DNA of 64,000 bases, taken from NCBI RefSeq assembly GCF_963506605.1, contig NC_083292.1, forward strand, positions 1,364,001 to 1,428,000, written 5' to 3'. The notes beneath the pieces are model-generated. The model saw only the letters and a list, made by a program, of their open reading frames with translations, searched no databases and was not told where the DNA came from. This document shows positions 50,130-62,255 of the stretch, one piece after another (positions within the stretch are counted from its first letter, which is position 1; every line of letters starts with the position of its first letter). Both the position numbers and the translations under genes were made by a program. Source of the DNA: Zootoca vivipara (taxonomy: Eukaryota).

Positions 50130-51470
50130 GCTGAGTGCAGGATGGGGACCAACGGTGGTCAGAGTAGCACCCGGAAGGAGCAGGACGTGTCCCTCTCCAG
50201 AGGGATTCCCCTCCCCGGACACGGAGCTCCACGCCCGGAGAGCCAGCGTGGGGAGGGCAGGCTTCCAGGCCACGTGCTCAGAGGCCAGCCAGGCCCCGCT
50301 GGACGCCAGAGGTTTTTGCCGGGCATGTTGCCCCCGCCCCCCGCCAGTCCCTTCTCGGGTGACGGCTGCGAGATGCTCTGGCTGGGGTCGGTCGGGGCAG
50401 AGCTCCGCAGGCTCGGCGGGGCAGCCTCAACCACTCCAGGCCAGGGCTACTTCTGGAAGGCCCCGGGGGACATATGAGATGATACAGGGCGGAAGGCGCT
50501 TCCCCGGAATGGCGGCGCCCGCGGCTCCCTGGACGGAACTACAGCTCCCGGCATGCCCAGTGTGCCGCAGCGCGTGCGGACTGCAATTCCCGGCGTCCTC
50601 CGGGAGGGGGAGCGGAAGTGGAAAAGCGGAAGAAGCAGCGCGGGCCGGCCCCCTCGAGAGGACAAGCAGGCCCCGTAGACGCGGAGCCCCCGCGTGAATC
50701 CGCCCCTGCGCTTCCCTGCGTGACCGAGGCGCCGGCGCCGGCGCCGGGCGATGGCGGCCCTGCAGGGGGCCTTTCCAGGGGGAGGAGCCGCTCCCCCGCC
50801 GGCCGAGTTCCTGCCCGGCCCGCTCGCACGACCCTTCCGGCCCGCGGGGAGCGCCATGGACGGACTGGGGGACAGCGGCGGACCGGAGGGGGTTCCCCGC
50901 CGGCTCGGCCTCTGCGCGCCGCCGCCCAGGATCCGCGCACGGTACTGGGGGTGCGGGTGGGCCGGGACGGGACTCCCGGCGCCCTCGTGGCTCCCCCCTG
51001 AGCGCAGCCTTCTCTCCCTCCCGCAGGCTGCCCGCGGTGGGCCGCAGCAGCAAGAAGCGCCGCGTGGACGGAGAGCCCGACGGGTAAGCGCCGGCGGGGA
51101 AGGGGGGAAGGGGCCGCAGGGGGAGCGGCGGGCCGCAGCGGGGAGCGGCCCCCGGCAGCCTTGGCCGCTGCGGAGCCCCCGTATAAGCTGCGCCATTCCT
51201 TCGCCAGCTGCCCGGAGGCCAAGAAGAGGCTGGCGGAGGCGGTGCCTGCCTTGGAGGAGTGGCTCCTTGTCGCGGGCCAGCCGTCCGGCCCGGGACTCTC
51301 TCCACAGGGCCAGAGCCACCTGCCTGGCCCGCTGGACATTCCCTGGGAAGAGATGGAGCAGTCGGCGGGGGAGCTGCAGTGCGAGGCGGCCCGCAGGAAG
51401 CTACAGGAGATCGAGGACAGGTAGGGGCCGGGACATTTCAGCTCAGCAGTGGGGGCTCAGAGGCATGGGG
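50130..51470. promoter_or_regulatory. CpG island / CCDC117 promoter
   Basis: CpG-rich; two ZNF143/THAP11-type motifs (ACTACAGCTCCCGGCATGCC 50538-50557; GGACTGCAATTCCCGGC from 50578) and ETS-type GCGGAAG sites near 50612-50632 upstream of ATG 50751. Confidence 0.8.
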
Positions 51471-52950
51471 GGGTCAGGAAGGTGGAAGGTGCTTCCTTTT
51501 GCAACCCCCTGGACTGGATTTGCTGCCGGCTGGGTGTTTGTTTGTTTGTTTTGGCACTGATATTTTCCCTACTTTGGCTGAAGGTGCAGAAGCACTGATA
51601 TAATTCCCTACTTTGGCTGAAGGTGCAGAGTTGAACTAATAGGTGAGACTGATAGACCTCATCTTCTCCCGCCCCCCCCCCCCCAATGATTCCGTCAGAA
51701 ATTGCTCAAACACTTCCAATGTTGCCTTCACAGCAGTGTTGGAAACTTTGACGTATAAGCTAATTGCCAAGCAGCACCTTAAACTTGCAGTTGCTGCAAA
51801 GGAATTTATAACTGTTTAGGGTTGTTGTTGGGTGTTTTTTTGTGTGTGGGGGTAGGTGGGAAGGAGCTGTGTGAGTGATTGCTTTTAAATATATACGAGC
51901 TCCACTTTTGGTTTGGGATATTGCCTCTCTCCCTCCCTCTGTGTGATCTGCTTTGGCATTCCAATACCTTTTGTGGGCATCTATAGAGAAAACATTAGAG
52001 GTTCTTCAGTGATAAGAAAATGAAACAATATGAGAGAGGGCTGTCAGACCTGCGCTAGATAAATGGAAGACAGATGGTAAGGGTGATTGGCATTGACAAC
52101 TTGCGAGGAGCCTTGTTTGCAGGTGCTGCTTCATTCATCCATCACACTTTTACCTAATAGTGGGAGGTGTCACTGTGATGTCACTGCGGTGACATTTTTT
52201 TCATTTCATTTCTATACAGCTTTATAATTGAAAAAAAAATCCATACCCCTCCCTTTCTGTTACTAGAATAATTGACGAGGATGAAGAAGATGAGAGCACC
52301 GTTCCGACAGGGGGTGTCTGCACCCTCCCCACCTTGGTTCTTTCTGACACCCTGAAAACAGGACTGAAGAGGGATTACGAAGGAGACCTGACGAGGCAAA
52401 TTATCGAGTCCATGTAAGGAACTGCCAGAGCGAACCCTGGCTCATGGTGGTGCTTGGGAGGGGGCCGCAGAGTCCACTGAACTAACAAAGCATTTGCCAG
52501 TTTCACACACCCTGCCCAGGGCCATAGCAAGGCAGGCTGTGACAGGATCTTCCTGCTTTGCTTGAGGAGGGGGTTGCTGAGGAGACCTAAAATAGGCAAC
52601 TGTGGGGATGAACTCCTCCAGAGCAGCAATAACACTGCAGGGCTCTGGTTGGGGTTCTCTGGAGTGGCCTGTTGTGATTCCTGTGCTCTCATCCACGCAG
52701 GAGCCGCCCCTCCATGGAGCTGGTGCTTTGGAAGCCTCTCCCAGAGTTCCTCACTGAAAGGACGCCTGTTTCTGTGAAAAACTTCAAGCCGCTGATCACA
52801 GGAAGATGCCCCACAAAGCCAACCCAGGAAGCTGCCTTTTGCCCACAGACTGCAGTGTTTCCTGAGCAGCCTCAGCAAGAGGAGATGCCTTCGGAACTCT
52901 ATGGCCCCCTAGGGCGCTCTGCAGGTGCAGACGAAGAGATGGAGTTGTAG
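50751..52950 (+). CDS. CCDC117: Coiled-coil domain-containing protein 117, 285 aa; exons 50751-50941, 51027-51083, 51208-51420, 52267-52413, 52701-52950
   Basis: GT-AG exons totalling 858 nt; conserved blocks CEAARRKLQEIEDRIIDEDEE, LPTLVLSDTLKTGLKRDY, IESMSRPSMELVLWKPLPE and C-terminal EEMEL; synteny with XBP1. Candidate AATAAA at 55435-55440. Confidence 0.93.
51554..51629. repeat. Tandem duplication of about 38 bp in CCDC117 intron 3
   Basis: GCACTGATAT..TTCCCTACTTTGGCTGAAGGTGCAGA occurs twice in succession. Confidence 0.85.
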
Positions 52951-54552
52951 GCAAAGAAGAAGGGGCTAAGGCAGGGCTCTCCAGACATGTTGAGACTGGA
53001 CTTTTTGGGGGAGGGGACTGTGAGGACCATAAAGAGTCTAGGGTGGAATAGTAACATGTCTGGAACATGGAACAGAAGATGCCTTCAGAGTCCCTGTAAA
53101 GAAACGTGATGGGTAGGGTTCGTATTTTTCCTTTTGGGTGTGACTTTTTCCTTCCCCTTTCATGGAGTAAAAGTCAGGATCTGATGGTGTAGTTCTGGCT
53201 TGGACCACCCTCTATGCCCACTGAGCTACAGGTGTTGTTCTGTTTGGAACTTCAGTGGAGGATTTTCACCTGCTTTAAAAGGAGTCTCAGTCTTGAGTGT
53301 TTGGTTGCCTGCATTCACTTTTACTGCTGCCCCTTGAGCTGTGTGGCTTAAGTGTTGCTGTGAGGAAAGGGAGGAGAGGGCACCTTGCAGGCATCCTTGC
53401 CTGCTCAAGTGTGGCCTAGAAATTGTCAAGAGGTGTGGCGGGATAGAGAGGCCAAACCAGAGAGCTGGCTGCAGGCCTTCGTTTTGGCTGTCAGCAGCAC
53501 TTTGGCCAAGAGCCATTTCTATTGGCTGATCCTGCTTACTTCCCCCTTCCTCCCCAAGATTGCTTCATTGGGTTGAGGGAGGACAATCTCGGCTGTCAGG
53601 ACACAGTTGATGGATTTGGGCCAACCATTCTCAAAACCAATGTCATACAAGTATCAGCCTGCCCAGAACAGCAGCTTTAACGTTCATTTCACCTTGTGCC
53701 TCAATCTGAGCCAAGGCTGATGTTGCCAGCCCTCCAGTGACAGCTGTCCGAACGCCATAGAACACAAAGTTGCTTTCCTCTGGAATGATACCTCTTGTCT
53801 TTTCTCAGAAAAGCAATTTCCTGACTGCCAGGAAGCTAAAAAGTGGTCTTTTCATAAATCCAGAATTATCTGGAAGGGCAACATCAGCAAAACACCCTCA
53901 CCTGACTTTAAAACCACTCGTTTTTTCCCGTTTTTGCTTCATTTCCTGGATGGTCACTTGAGTTTATGTATATGTCCTTTTTGTTGTTGGTTTTTTTTAA
54001 TCAATCCCCCCTACCCACACTCCCTGGCTTCTTCAAAACATTAGAACAATTGTACCTAAACATTTACATCTTAATTAAGAGTGGAAACCCTGTGCATCCA
54101 CCCCCACACCCCAATCTTGTTAAGACTGAACTGTCACCTGCAGCCAGCAGGGCTAGTGGTCAAGAGATTGGAGATGTAGCCTGGCAACAACTGGTGGGCC
54201 AAAGAAGTATGAGAAAAGCATTTATCCCATTGTTCTTTTCCTTTCTGTTAGTCCTCTATATGCAAGCAGTAGTGGCTTTTAAACTGCCCAAGTTTCATAG
54301 GGTGGAGGGAAGGACACAAAGTGGTTAGAATCAACTGGTCCCACTCTGGTAGCAAGCGCCTCCACAGTTGATGTGAGAAGACGGTGAAGGCAAAATATCT
54401 GGCTCTGACATTGGGTCTTCCATTGGTCCACATCCTTGGGAGTCAGGAGTTGGTGGTGGGTTTTTCTTCTTCAGATGTTGCAGTTGCCATTCATGCAGGC
54501 TAAATGCTGTTTAATGAAGACTAATTCTGTTGGTGGAAGGCTAAAATAGGTA

Positions 54553-54734
54553 CAGTATATTCCTGCGTATAAGACTACTTTTTAACCCAGGAAAATCTTC
54601 TCAAAAGTCAGGGGTCGTCTTATACGCCGGGTCGTATTTCTTATACAGTGAGTATATCCCAAACTCTATATTTTAACTGGAAAAGTTGGGGGTCGTCTTA
54701 TACGCCCAGTCGTCTTATACGCCGGAATATACGG
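54553..54734. mobile_element. pogo/Tc1-like MITE in the probable CCDC117 3' UTR
   Basis: TIRs CAGTATATTCCTGCGTATAAGAC / GTCTTATACGCCGGAATATACGG with internal GTCGTCTTATACGCC repeats. Confidence 0.8.
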
Positions 54735-57115
54735 GTATATAGTATATAAAGGAAGAATTCCTGAATGCCAGGATACAGGTTTGGGACAAGTACTCTATGG
54801 TGAGGACGCAAGCAAAGTGTGGGAATACAGACTATTAGACCTTTAGAATATGCCCTTGTGTGTTCTAAAGGACAACATATTTGGTAAGTTTAAAATGGTT
54901 ACCTACAAACTCTCCAAAGGTCAGATTCATGTGCTTTTCCATACAGCAGCAGCATTCAAAAAGTTGCACAGGCTGTAAAACTTGGCTTAGTTACAAAGTG
55001 GTGAAAGTTCCTAAATTATTGGTATGGAAACTCAAGGGAGGTTTGTTAGAACCATGCGGCTAAGCTGGAACACATGCTGAGCTGTTCAGGGGGCGGGGTG
55101 GACAAATACTTTATTATCTAGTCTCTCAAGGTGAGCTAAGCCTGGCAGGACAGCTTATGTTAGCATGTTGGTTATGAGGCTGCTTATCCCACAAATACTG
55201 GTGAGAGAAGGTGAATTCTTCTGATTCTAGAAGTAAATATATCCAGATCACTTTTATTTCCCAATTCATTTTTGCCATGGAGACCTGTCTCTGCTTCCTC
55301 ACGGGAAGATAATACCACACAAGTATAGCTCAGAGGGGAAGTTCTCGGAGTTTGTTTGCTGGTCCATCCGTTTGAAATAAGCAACATTGGATTGTGGTCT
55401 GTCTTTGGTTGGACCAAATCACAATGTGTATGTCAATAAACTTTTTTAATGTTTGTAGTATGCTGTGGGATGGTCTTGCTGTGTTGAGCACTGAAGGGGT
55501 GGTGGAATAGTTGCAAGTTTCTGCTGGCCTCTGGTGATGCAAATCAGCAAGTGACATTGTGTTGGCAAAATAAAGGCACCTGCAGTTGCCGTGCAAGGTG
55601 GAGCAGTTGTCTTGCATCTCAAGCACTAACAGCAGCCTAAATGGAACCCCCCCCCCCCAAAAAAAACAAACTGTCTTAAGGGGCACATTTCCACAGTGTG
55701 CTTTCAATGTTTTGGTAACACCACGTAATAGTCAATTTGCAGCACAGCTTTTGTCAGCCAGTAGTTTCATTGGTTGCAATTAAGCCCCTCCAGAAAAGGG
55801 GGCAGACACCACTTGCCTCTGCCAAATTTGTGTGTGTTATTGAACAACCATATTTATCTGGCTCTCCCCCTGCAACTTCTATTGGCACACTTGGCTTTTG
55901 AGTCTTTCATGTGCAGTGTGGGGACTTAGTACTTGCAGCAATCTGTATTTCTGTGTCGGCTGAAATGAAGCTGCAGGTCAATGCAAGAGCTAGTGCCATG
56001 TACTATACCTCATTATATAACATGGACTTATTTTGTGCCTACCTGCTCCTTGTCCAACAGGATTGCTGGGTCTACCCAGATGGGTGACATATAAATAAAA
56101 TGATGTACCCTACCCTACCAGAGGCCCTCTGCATGTAGGAAGAGAAGCAAGAATACAATCTACTCCAGGGTACTTCCTTCCAGAGAAGCCAAGGCCTCTT
56201 TGCCCATGTCCTTGTCAGGCAGCATTGCCACTTGCTGCTTTACAGACAAGTTCCTCTGAAACCCTCAGCAACACCTCTGCTTCAAGTTCTGTTGTTATGA
56301 GATGTACACCTCTGAGAAATATCGAGCAGGGAAGTTGCTGGAAACTGCTTCAAGAAAAAGGCATAGACAGCTTCTGCTTGGCTCTTTCAGAACAATATGG
56401 GGAATTCTTGGGCTTTCACAGCTGCTGCTTTCATGCAACTGCTATTTTTATCAGCCAGAAGTTTCTGTCCAGTTTACTAAGCCTGCCTCCTCCAAATCAG
56501 AGGGGTGGGCCTATTTTCTTGCTTCCTCTTCTTGACCAAAAGCAGTTTCACAGCATTTGATAATACAGTGGTACCTTGGTTCTCAAACTGAATCCATTCC
56601 AGAAGTCTGTTCCAAAACCAAGGCGGTAATGCAAAATGGATTAATCTCTTCCAAACCCTAAAACAGCAATTTAACATGAATTTTACTATCTAATGAGACC
56701 ATGGAGCCATAAAATGAAAGCAATAGACCAGGCTGCAATTTACTACCCAGTACAAAAAAACTTGCAGTGATCTACCCATTGCCATTGAAGGGGCGAGTGT
56801 GCGGGGCTGATGCTGCAGCGCCACCCCCTGAGTCCCTCTGCCACCTTTGTTGCTGCAGCATCAGCCGTCCCCTCTCCGCTTCCAGTGCCCGGCGCTGGCA
56901 CTGAGTAAGGGAAGCCCAGGTCATGCGGCAAGTGAGCAGGCAATGGAAGTGTGGCACTCCCCCGCACGGAGTACATTTGGATTCCAAAAAAAGTTTGATA
57001 TGTGGAACACATACTAACTCAATTTTGATACCTTGTTCCTTTCAAGATCTTAATGTGAATGAAAAGGAATAGTGCAAAGCTAGTGACTCTGTGTTCTTTA
57101 TATAGTAATGCCATA

Positions 57116-57287
57116 CAGTCATACCTCGGTTTAAGTACGCTTCAGTTTGAGTACTTTTAGTTTAAGTACTCTTCAGACCCGTCTGGAACTGATTAATCCA
57201 CTTTCCATTACTTTCAATAGGAAAGTTCGCTTCAGGTTAAGTACAGACTTCCGGTACCAATTGTGTACTTAAACCGAGGTACCGCTG
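57116..57287. mobile_element. Tigger-like MITE (inverted copy of the 10174 family)
   Basis: TIRs CAGTCATACCTCGGTTTAAGTAC / GTACTTAAACCGAGGTACCGCTG, TA TSD. Confidence 0.85.
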
Positions 57288-57823
57288 TACTTTCTGTTCT
57301 GACTGCCCAAACAATAATAATCTTTCTTCAAATCCTAAACCACCTTTTTGCCAGCAATTGTGCAATACTGTCTACAGGAAAAGTATTTTACACTTTTAAT
57401 AGGGTGGGGAAGGCAGGCAAGAAATCACTTGTATTTTTTAATTGCAGATAATTGTTTAAATATGCAGCAGAGGAAAAATAATTATTACATTTTTTGTTTT
57501 ACAAAATATTTTATCCCAAATTGCCCCATTATTTACATAAATGAAAAGGGGGAAACCCACCCAGCCCTCATAGGGGTAATGTCTTACTCAAGATTTACGT
57601 ACTTCAAAGACCACAGGTGCCCACTTCTAACCCTGTAAATTGTCAATTTGTTTAGAAGATAGCCTCATCTCTGAATTAGGCAAAGGTTGGGTAGATAAAA
57701 CATACGTATGAGAACAATACTTAAGGTTCTGCTGAAATACTTTCAAGAGGAATGTTCCTTATAAGTAGCCCTGCTCTCCTTTTGGCTATGTGGGCAGGGG
57801 CTCACTGGGGGAGTCAGACTCAT

Positions 57824-59579
57824 TTACACACTGATCAGCTGCGGAAAAAGTTCATTGGCAAAGGCCTCCTCCCAGCCATATTCTGCGTCCAATGGGGAGG
57901 ACAGGTCACTGAAAGGGGAAGGGGAGCCCTCATAACCTGAATCACTGGAAGCATCTAGCAGACAGGGGGTGAGCTGAGGCTTCTGGTCTGAGGTCAGCAG
58001 GTGGGAGACACCCAGCTCAGGTAAGAGAACATTGACAGGCTCCTCCTTGACAGAAATGGGGTACTCCAGAGGGACGCTTTCAGAGGAGGCAGGAACCACT
58101 TCCTCTATTCTCACTAGCATATTGGCTTGGCCCTCCCCCTCTGCCACAATCTCCAGGAAGAAGGGTTTGGTATACTCATGGTCAAACCGTATCAGTTCAT
58201 TAATGGCCTCCAGCTTGGGTGTTGTGGACCCCAGAGAGGAACTGGGGGAGGCTGGTAAGGAATCTGCTTCTCCACTCGCTTCTTGGTGCAACTTCTCCAC
58301 ACAGGCCGGTTCTGCACTTCCTCCATAGTGCAGGAACAAGTCTGGATCCAAGCTGTCCAGAATGCCCAAGAGGAGATCAGACTGCAAAAGGCACAAGCAC
58401 ATTACATTAGCACACAAAAAAGTCCCATTCCAAGCTGTCCCAGTCAGCTCCCCAGCTCCTAACAACCTGCCCAACTTGGTGGTGAAAGTAAGGTGGTGAG
58501 CTGTTGCTGTGCGAATGTGAGAAAATCAAGGAAGTTCTATGTGGGATGAAGCCCAGTCTGAGCTGTGCTCTAGGAAGCCAAAGCGTTCCATGTTCCATCT
58601 GCATTTGTGCACAGCAGGCCACACAGCAGGCCAGAAAGGGTTGCAATGGAACTCACCTCAGAGTCTGAAGAATCAGAGTTGTCTGGATCCAAGCGGAGGC
58701 CACCACCACCGAGGCGAGCGGCTGCTGGGCCTGTCCCTGCTGCAGAGGAACACGTAGTCTAAGTGCTGCAGACTCAGCGGACCCGGCCGTTGCCCCAATG
58801 GTGCTGCCCCTCTCGGGCTGCTCCCCCTCTTCTTCTTCCAGCATCTCCACCTTTTTTGGGGGGGGGAGATAAAGAGACTCAGGTGAGCGCTTGAGTTTAG
58901 GGAGACAGGTCGGGCCTCTTCGAGCTGCTCGCTTACCTTAAGCGCTACTGCTGTCGGTGCTGCCCCTACTTCTGCTCCTGCCGGCGGTGCCGCCGCCGCC
59001 GCTTCCAGAGCGGGGAGCCCGAGGCGCAGCCGCAGCTCCCGGTTCTCCCGCGCCAGGCTGTGCGTCCGCTCGCGAAGCGCCTGATTCTCGGCCAGCAGCT
59101 TCTGGTTCTGCGGGAAGGACATAAGCGGCGCTGAGCGGCGGGATGCGGCCCCCGGGAGCCCTCTCCGACCCGCGCTGCCCTCCGGGGCCCACCTACCTCC
59201 GCCTCAAGTTCGACGGCCTGCCGCTCCAGCTCGCCCATGCGCGCCTTCTTGCGGTCCCGGGCGCTCTGCGCCGCCACGCGGTTCTTCAGCTTCCTGCGAA
59301 GAGAGAGCGAGACTGTCAGCGGCCAGGACCAGACAGGCGGGGGGGAGGGAGGGAGGCCCCTTTTCCCGCCCGCCTTCCCTGCTTCCCTCACCGGCGCAGG
59401 GCCTTCTCCTCGGGGCTGAGGTGCGCCAGGCGCTGTCTCTTGCGAGGCGGCGGCGACAAGGCCGCGCCGGGAGCGGGCAGCGTTGCTGCCGAGGCCGCCG
59501 CGGAGGAGGCCGCCGGCAAGAGCAGCAGCCGTGGGTGGGGAGGCGGAGGCCCGCTTGCGGGGACCGGCAGGGGGACCAT
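57824..59579 (-). CDS. XBP1: X-box binding protein 1, spliced isoform XBP1s, 393 aa; exons 59392-59579, 59197-59293, 58937-59107, 58657-58850 (minus 58743-58768), 57824-58381
   Basis: bZIP [37 protein letters not shown]; XBP1s tail SDLLLGILDSLD...LEAINELIRFDH...SSDSGYEGSPSPFSD...FANELFPQLISV. Confidence 0.97.
58192..59579 (-). CDS. XBP1: XBP1 unspliced isoform XBP1u, 279 aa (same exons, 26-nt intron retained, stop at 58192-58194)
   Basis: Retained frame reads ESAALRLRVPLQQ...WIQTTLILQTLSLISSWAFWTAW (HR2-like)...IPYQPPPVPLWGPQHPSWRPLMN*, matching the XBP1u C-terminus. Confidence 0.93.
58743..58768 (-). other. XBP1: IRE1-cleaved 26-nt unconventional intron of XBP1
   Basis: CAGCACTTAGACTACGTGTTCCTCTG lies between two CTG/CAGC 7-nt loops on stems; removing it shifts the frame into the XBP1s tail. 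Confidence 0.96.
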
Positions 59580-59696
59580 GATGGCGGCGGCGGCGGCGGC
59601 GGCGGCTCGTTCTTCCTCTCGGCGCTGCGAATCCTCTCGGCTCCCTCTCGCTCCGGCGGACTGGCTTGCGAACAGACCCTTCCGCATAGCTAACAT

Positions 59697-59715
59697 CGTG
59701 GCTCGCGCTCATTGG
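59697..59715 (-). promoter_or_regulatory. ER stress response element (ERSE) in the XBP1 promoter
   Basis: CCAAT-GAGCGCGAG-CCACG, an exact CCAAT-N9-CCACG; second CCAAT at 59752-59756 and a GC box near 59770; within a CpG island about 58900-60200. Confidence 0.9.
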
Positions 59716-61312
59716 TCAGCGTGCGGCGCTGCCGCCGCAGGGAGAGCTCTCATTGGGCAGCTAGCGACGGGGGCGGGGCGCCTCGGTTGCGTCAGCCGGA
59801 GTAACAGCACGCGCTGCGCATGATCCCTCTTCTCCCCCTCCCCCCTCCCCCAAGCGCCACGTTGGCCGCCCCTCCCGCTCCGGACTGACAGGCAAGACAG
59901 CGCTCCGCCCTCCCCTCGCTGCGCAGCCGCAGAAGCAACGCGGAGGGTAGACGTCTCCAGCGGTGCCGCCTCTGTTGCTGGTCTCTGCCCCGAGGCGCCT
60001 GAGCAACGGCAAAGGCCGTGCAAGAGCGTAAGGAGAACCTGGCTGCAAGTGGATGAGGCCGCAGCGGGCCCACCTCGCCCAGCACCCAGATGGGAAGCAG
60101 GAGCCCGGCAGAAGAGCCTCATTCCCAGCCACGGGTTTTCGGAGACTTCGCTGCCTCTGGCCGTGGAGGCAGACCGGAGCCGTCAGGAGCCTTGTCGGGG
60201 GGGGGGGGGATTCCATAGTCTGACCCTGTGCTTCATGGAGGAGAACAACTTTATCTGTCCCAAATCCTCCATCTTTGTTGGGTGTCCACAGGTTCCAGTG
60301 TTATGGAACATTTTATACTGTCTCACCTTTGCTCTAAACTAAAAATTTCCAGGTGCTGCAACCGTTCTTCACACAGGAGTTGTTCCATCCCTTCTCCTGG
60401 GAGAAGCCATTCTTGAGGCAGCAGGTGAGCCTGGGCCCCTGGACCCAGGTGCCTTGTGGAAATTGGTAGCACTTAGGAGGTGGGCCCTCGCTGCTGCTGC
60501 TGCTGCTGCCCTCCCTCCTGAAATTCAGGTGGGGCTGGGGCCAGACCTTTGCAAAGGACACTTTTCCTATGCTTTGTGGAGAGAAAAGCACCCTTGCCTC
60601 TCTTCCTGGCCCTCCTTGCATACAGTTCTGCAAACTGCAGAGGGGGCACTATGCCCTCCTTGTCCTTGGGGTCTGTGTGATGCTAGGCCGCCTTCAGCAT
60701 GCCTTTCTGGCCCTGCACACAACAGCTACTCTGCCACGAACCCCTCTAACGGGCAGTGATGGCAACAGGGACTGATTGCAGTAGGCAGAGCTCAGTGGGG
60801 TGGCTGGATTAAGCCAGAAACAGATGGAAGACATCAAAGGAGAAAAGCAAGTGAGGCTTTTCCACCAGCTCCCTTGAGGGGCTAGCTCTCCTTCAACTGG
60901 TTCTCCAAGATCTTCGGCTCTCCTTCAGCTGTTGCCTAGTGACAACTGTGTATCATGACTTGGATCAGGGGCTCTTGGAGGGTATGGCACCCCACACTGC
61001 TGTGGCAGGAGAGGATGGCAAGCAATCAGTGAACTGAACAGCCTTATACATATTGCAACATGGTAGAAAGGATTTATTACCATACTTTGCATCGTTGTCT
61101 ACATAAAATTTTGACTGGGTTAGACACTCCTTTGGAAAGTGCAGCTGTTCAGGATGAGGCAATGACATGCATTTTCAGTGATCGGGCCTTGAAAATGTCA
61201 CTGGACTCTTTTTGGATATACAACCAGAAACAGTATTCATGACCATTGACTTCGTCTACAGTTCTCTCCACAACATAGCATGAACGGGGATTTTCAACTC
61301 TGATAAATATCA

Positions 61313-62255
61313 TAGAATCATAGAGTTGGAAGAGACCACAAGGGCCATGCAGTCCAACCCCCTGCCAAGCAGGAAACACCATCAAAGCATTATTGACATA
61401 TGCCTGTCAAGCCTCTGCTTAAAGACCTCCAAAGAAGGAGACTCCACCACACTCCTTGGTAGCAAATTCCACTGTCAAACAGCTCTTACTGTCAGGAAGT
61501 TCTTCCTAATGTTTAGGTGGAATCTTCTTTCTTGTAGTTTGAATCCATTGCTCCTTGTCTGCTTCTCTGGAGTAGCAGAAAACAACCTTTCTCCCTCCTC
61601 TATATGACATCCTTTTATATATTTGAACATGGCTATCATATCACCCCTTAACCTTCTCTTCTCCAGGCTAAACATACCCAGCTCCCTAAGTCGTTCCTCA
61701 TAAGGCATTGTTTCCAGGCCTTTGACCATTTTGGTTGCCCTCCTCTGGACACATTCCAGCTTGTCAGTACCCTTCTTGAACTGTGGTGCCCAGAACTGGA
61801 CACAGTACTCCAGGAGAGGTCTGACCAGAGCAGAATACAGTGGTACTATTACTTCCCTTGATCTAGATGCTATACTCCTATTGATGCAGCCCAGAATTGC
61901 ATTGGCTTTTTTAGCTGTTACTTCACACTGTTGACTCATGTCAAGTTTGTGGTCTACCAAGACTCCTAGATCCTTTTCACATGTACTGCTCTCAAGCCAG
62001 GTGTCACCCATTCTGTATTTGTGCCTTTCATTTTTTTGCCCAAGTGTAGTACTTTACATTTTTCCTTGTTAAAATTCATTTTGTTTGCTTTGGCCCAGTT
62101 GTCTAATCTGTTAAGGTCATTTTGAAGTGTGATCCTGTCCTCTGGGGTATTAGCCACCCCTCCCAATTTGGTGCCATCTGCAAACTTGCTCAGGATGCCC
62201 TCAAGTCCATCATCCAAGTCATTGATAAAGATGTTGAATAAGACTGGGCCCAAGA
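61313..62255 (-). mobile_element. CR1 LINE, 5'-truncated (RT C-terminal part plus 3' UTR)
   Basis: Peptides [74 protein letters not shown]; octamer tail. Confidence 0.93.

Noticed and set aside
50427-51560. Antisense and read-through ORFs of 266-292 aa
   Set aside because: GC-rich low-complexity translations across CCDC117 exons and introns; no recognisable domain.
19726-52950. Functional Fe-S gene cluster (HSCB plus CCDC117, a reported CIA-pathway interactor)
   Set aside because: Adjacency is ordinary conserved vertebrate synteny; nothing in the sequence shows co-regulation beyond a common housekeeping motif.
59580-59696. In-frame upstream ATGs extending XBP1 by up to 39 aa
   Set aside because: They lie immediately after the ERSE, probably upstream of the TSS; the ATG at 59579 has good context and matches the usual MV start.
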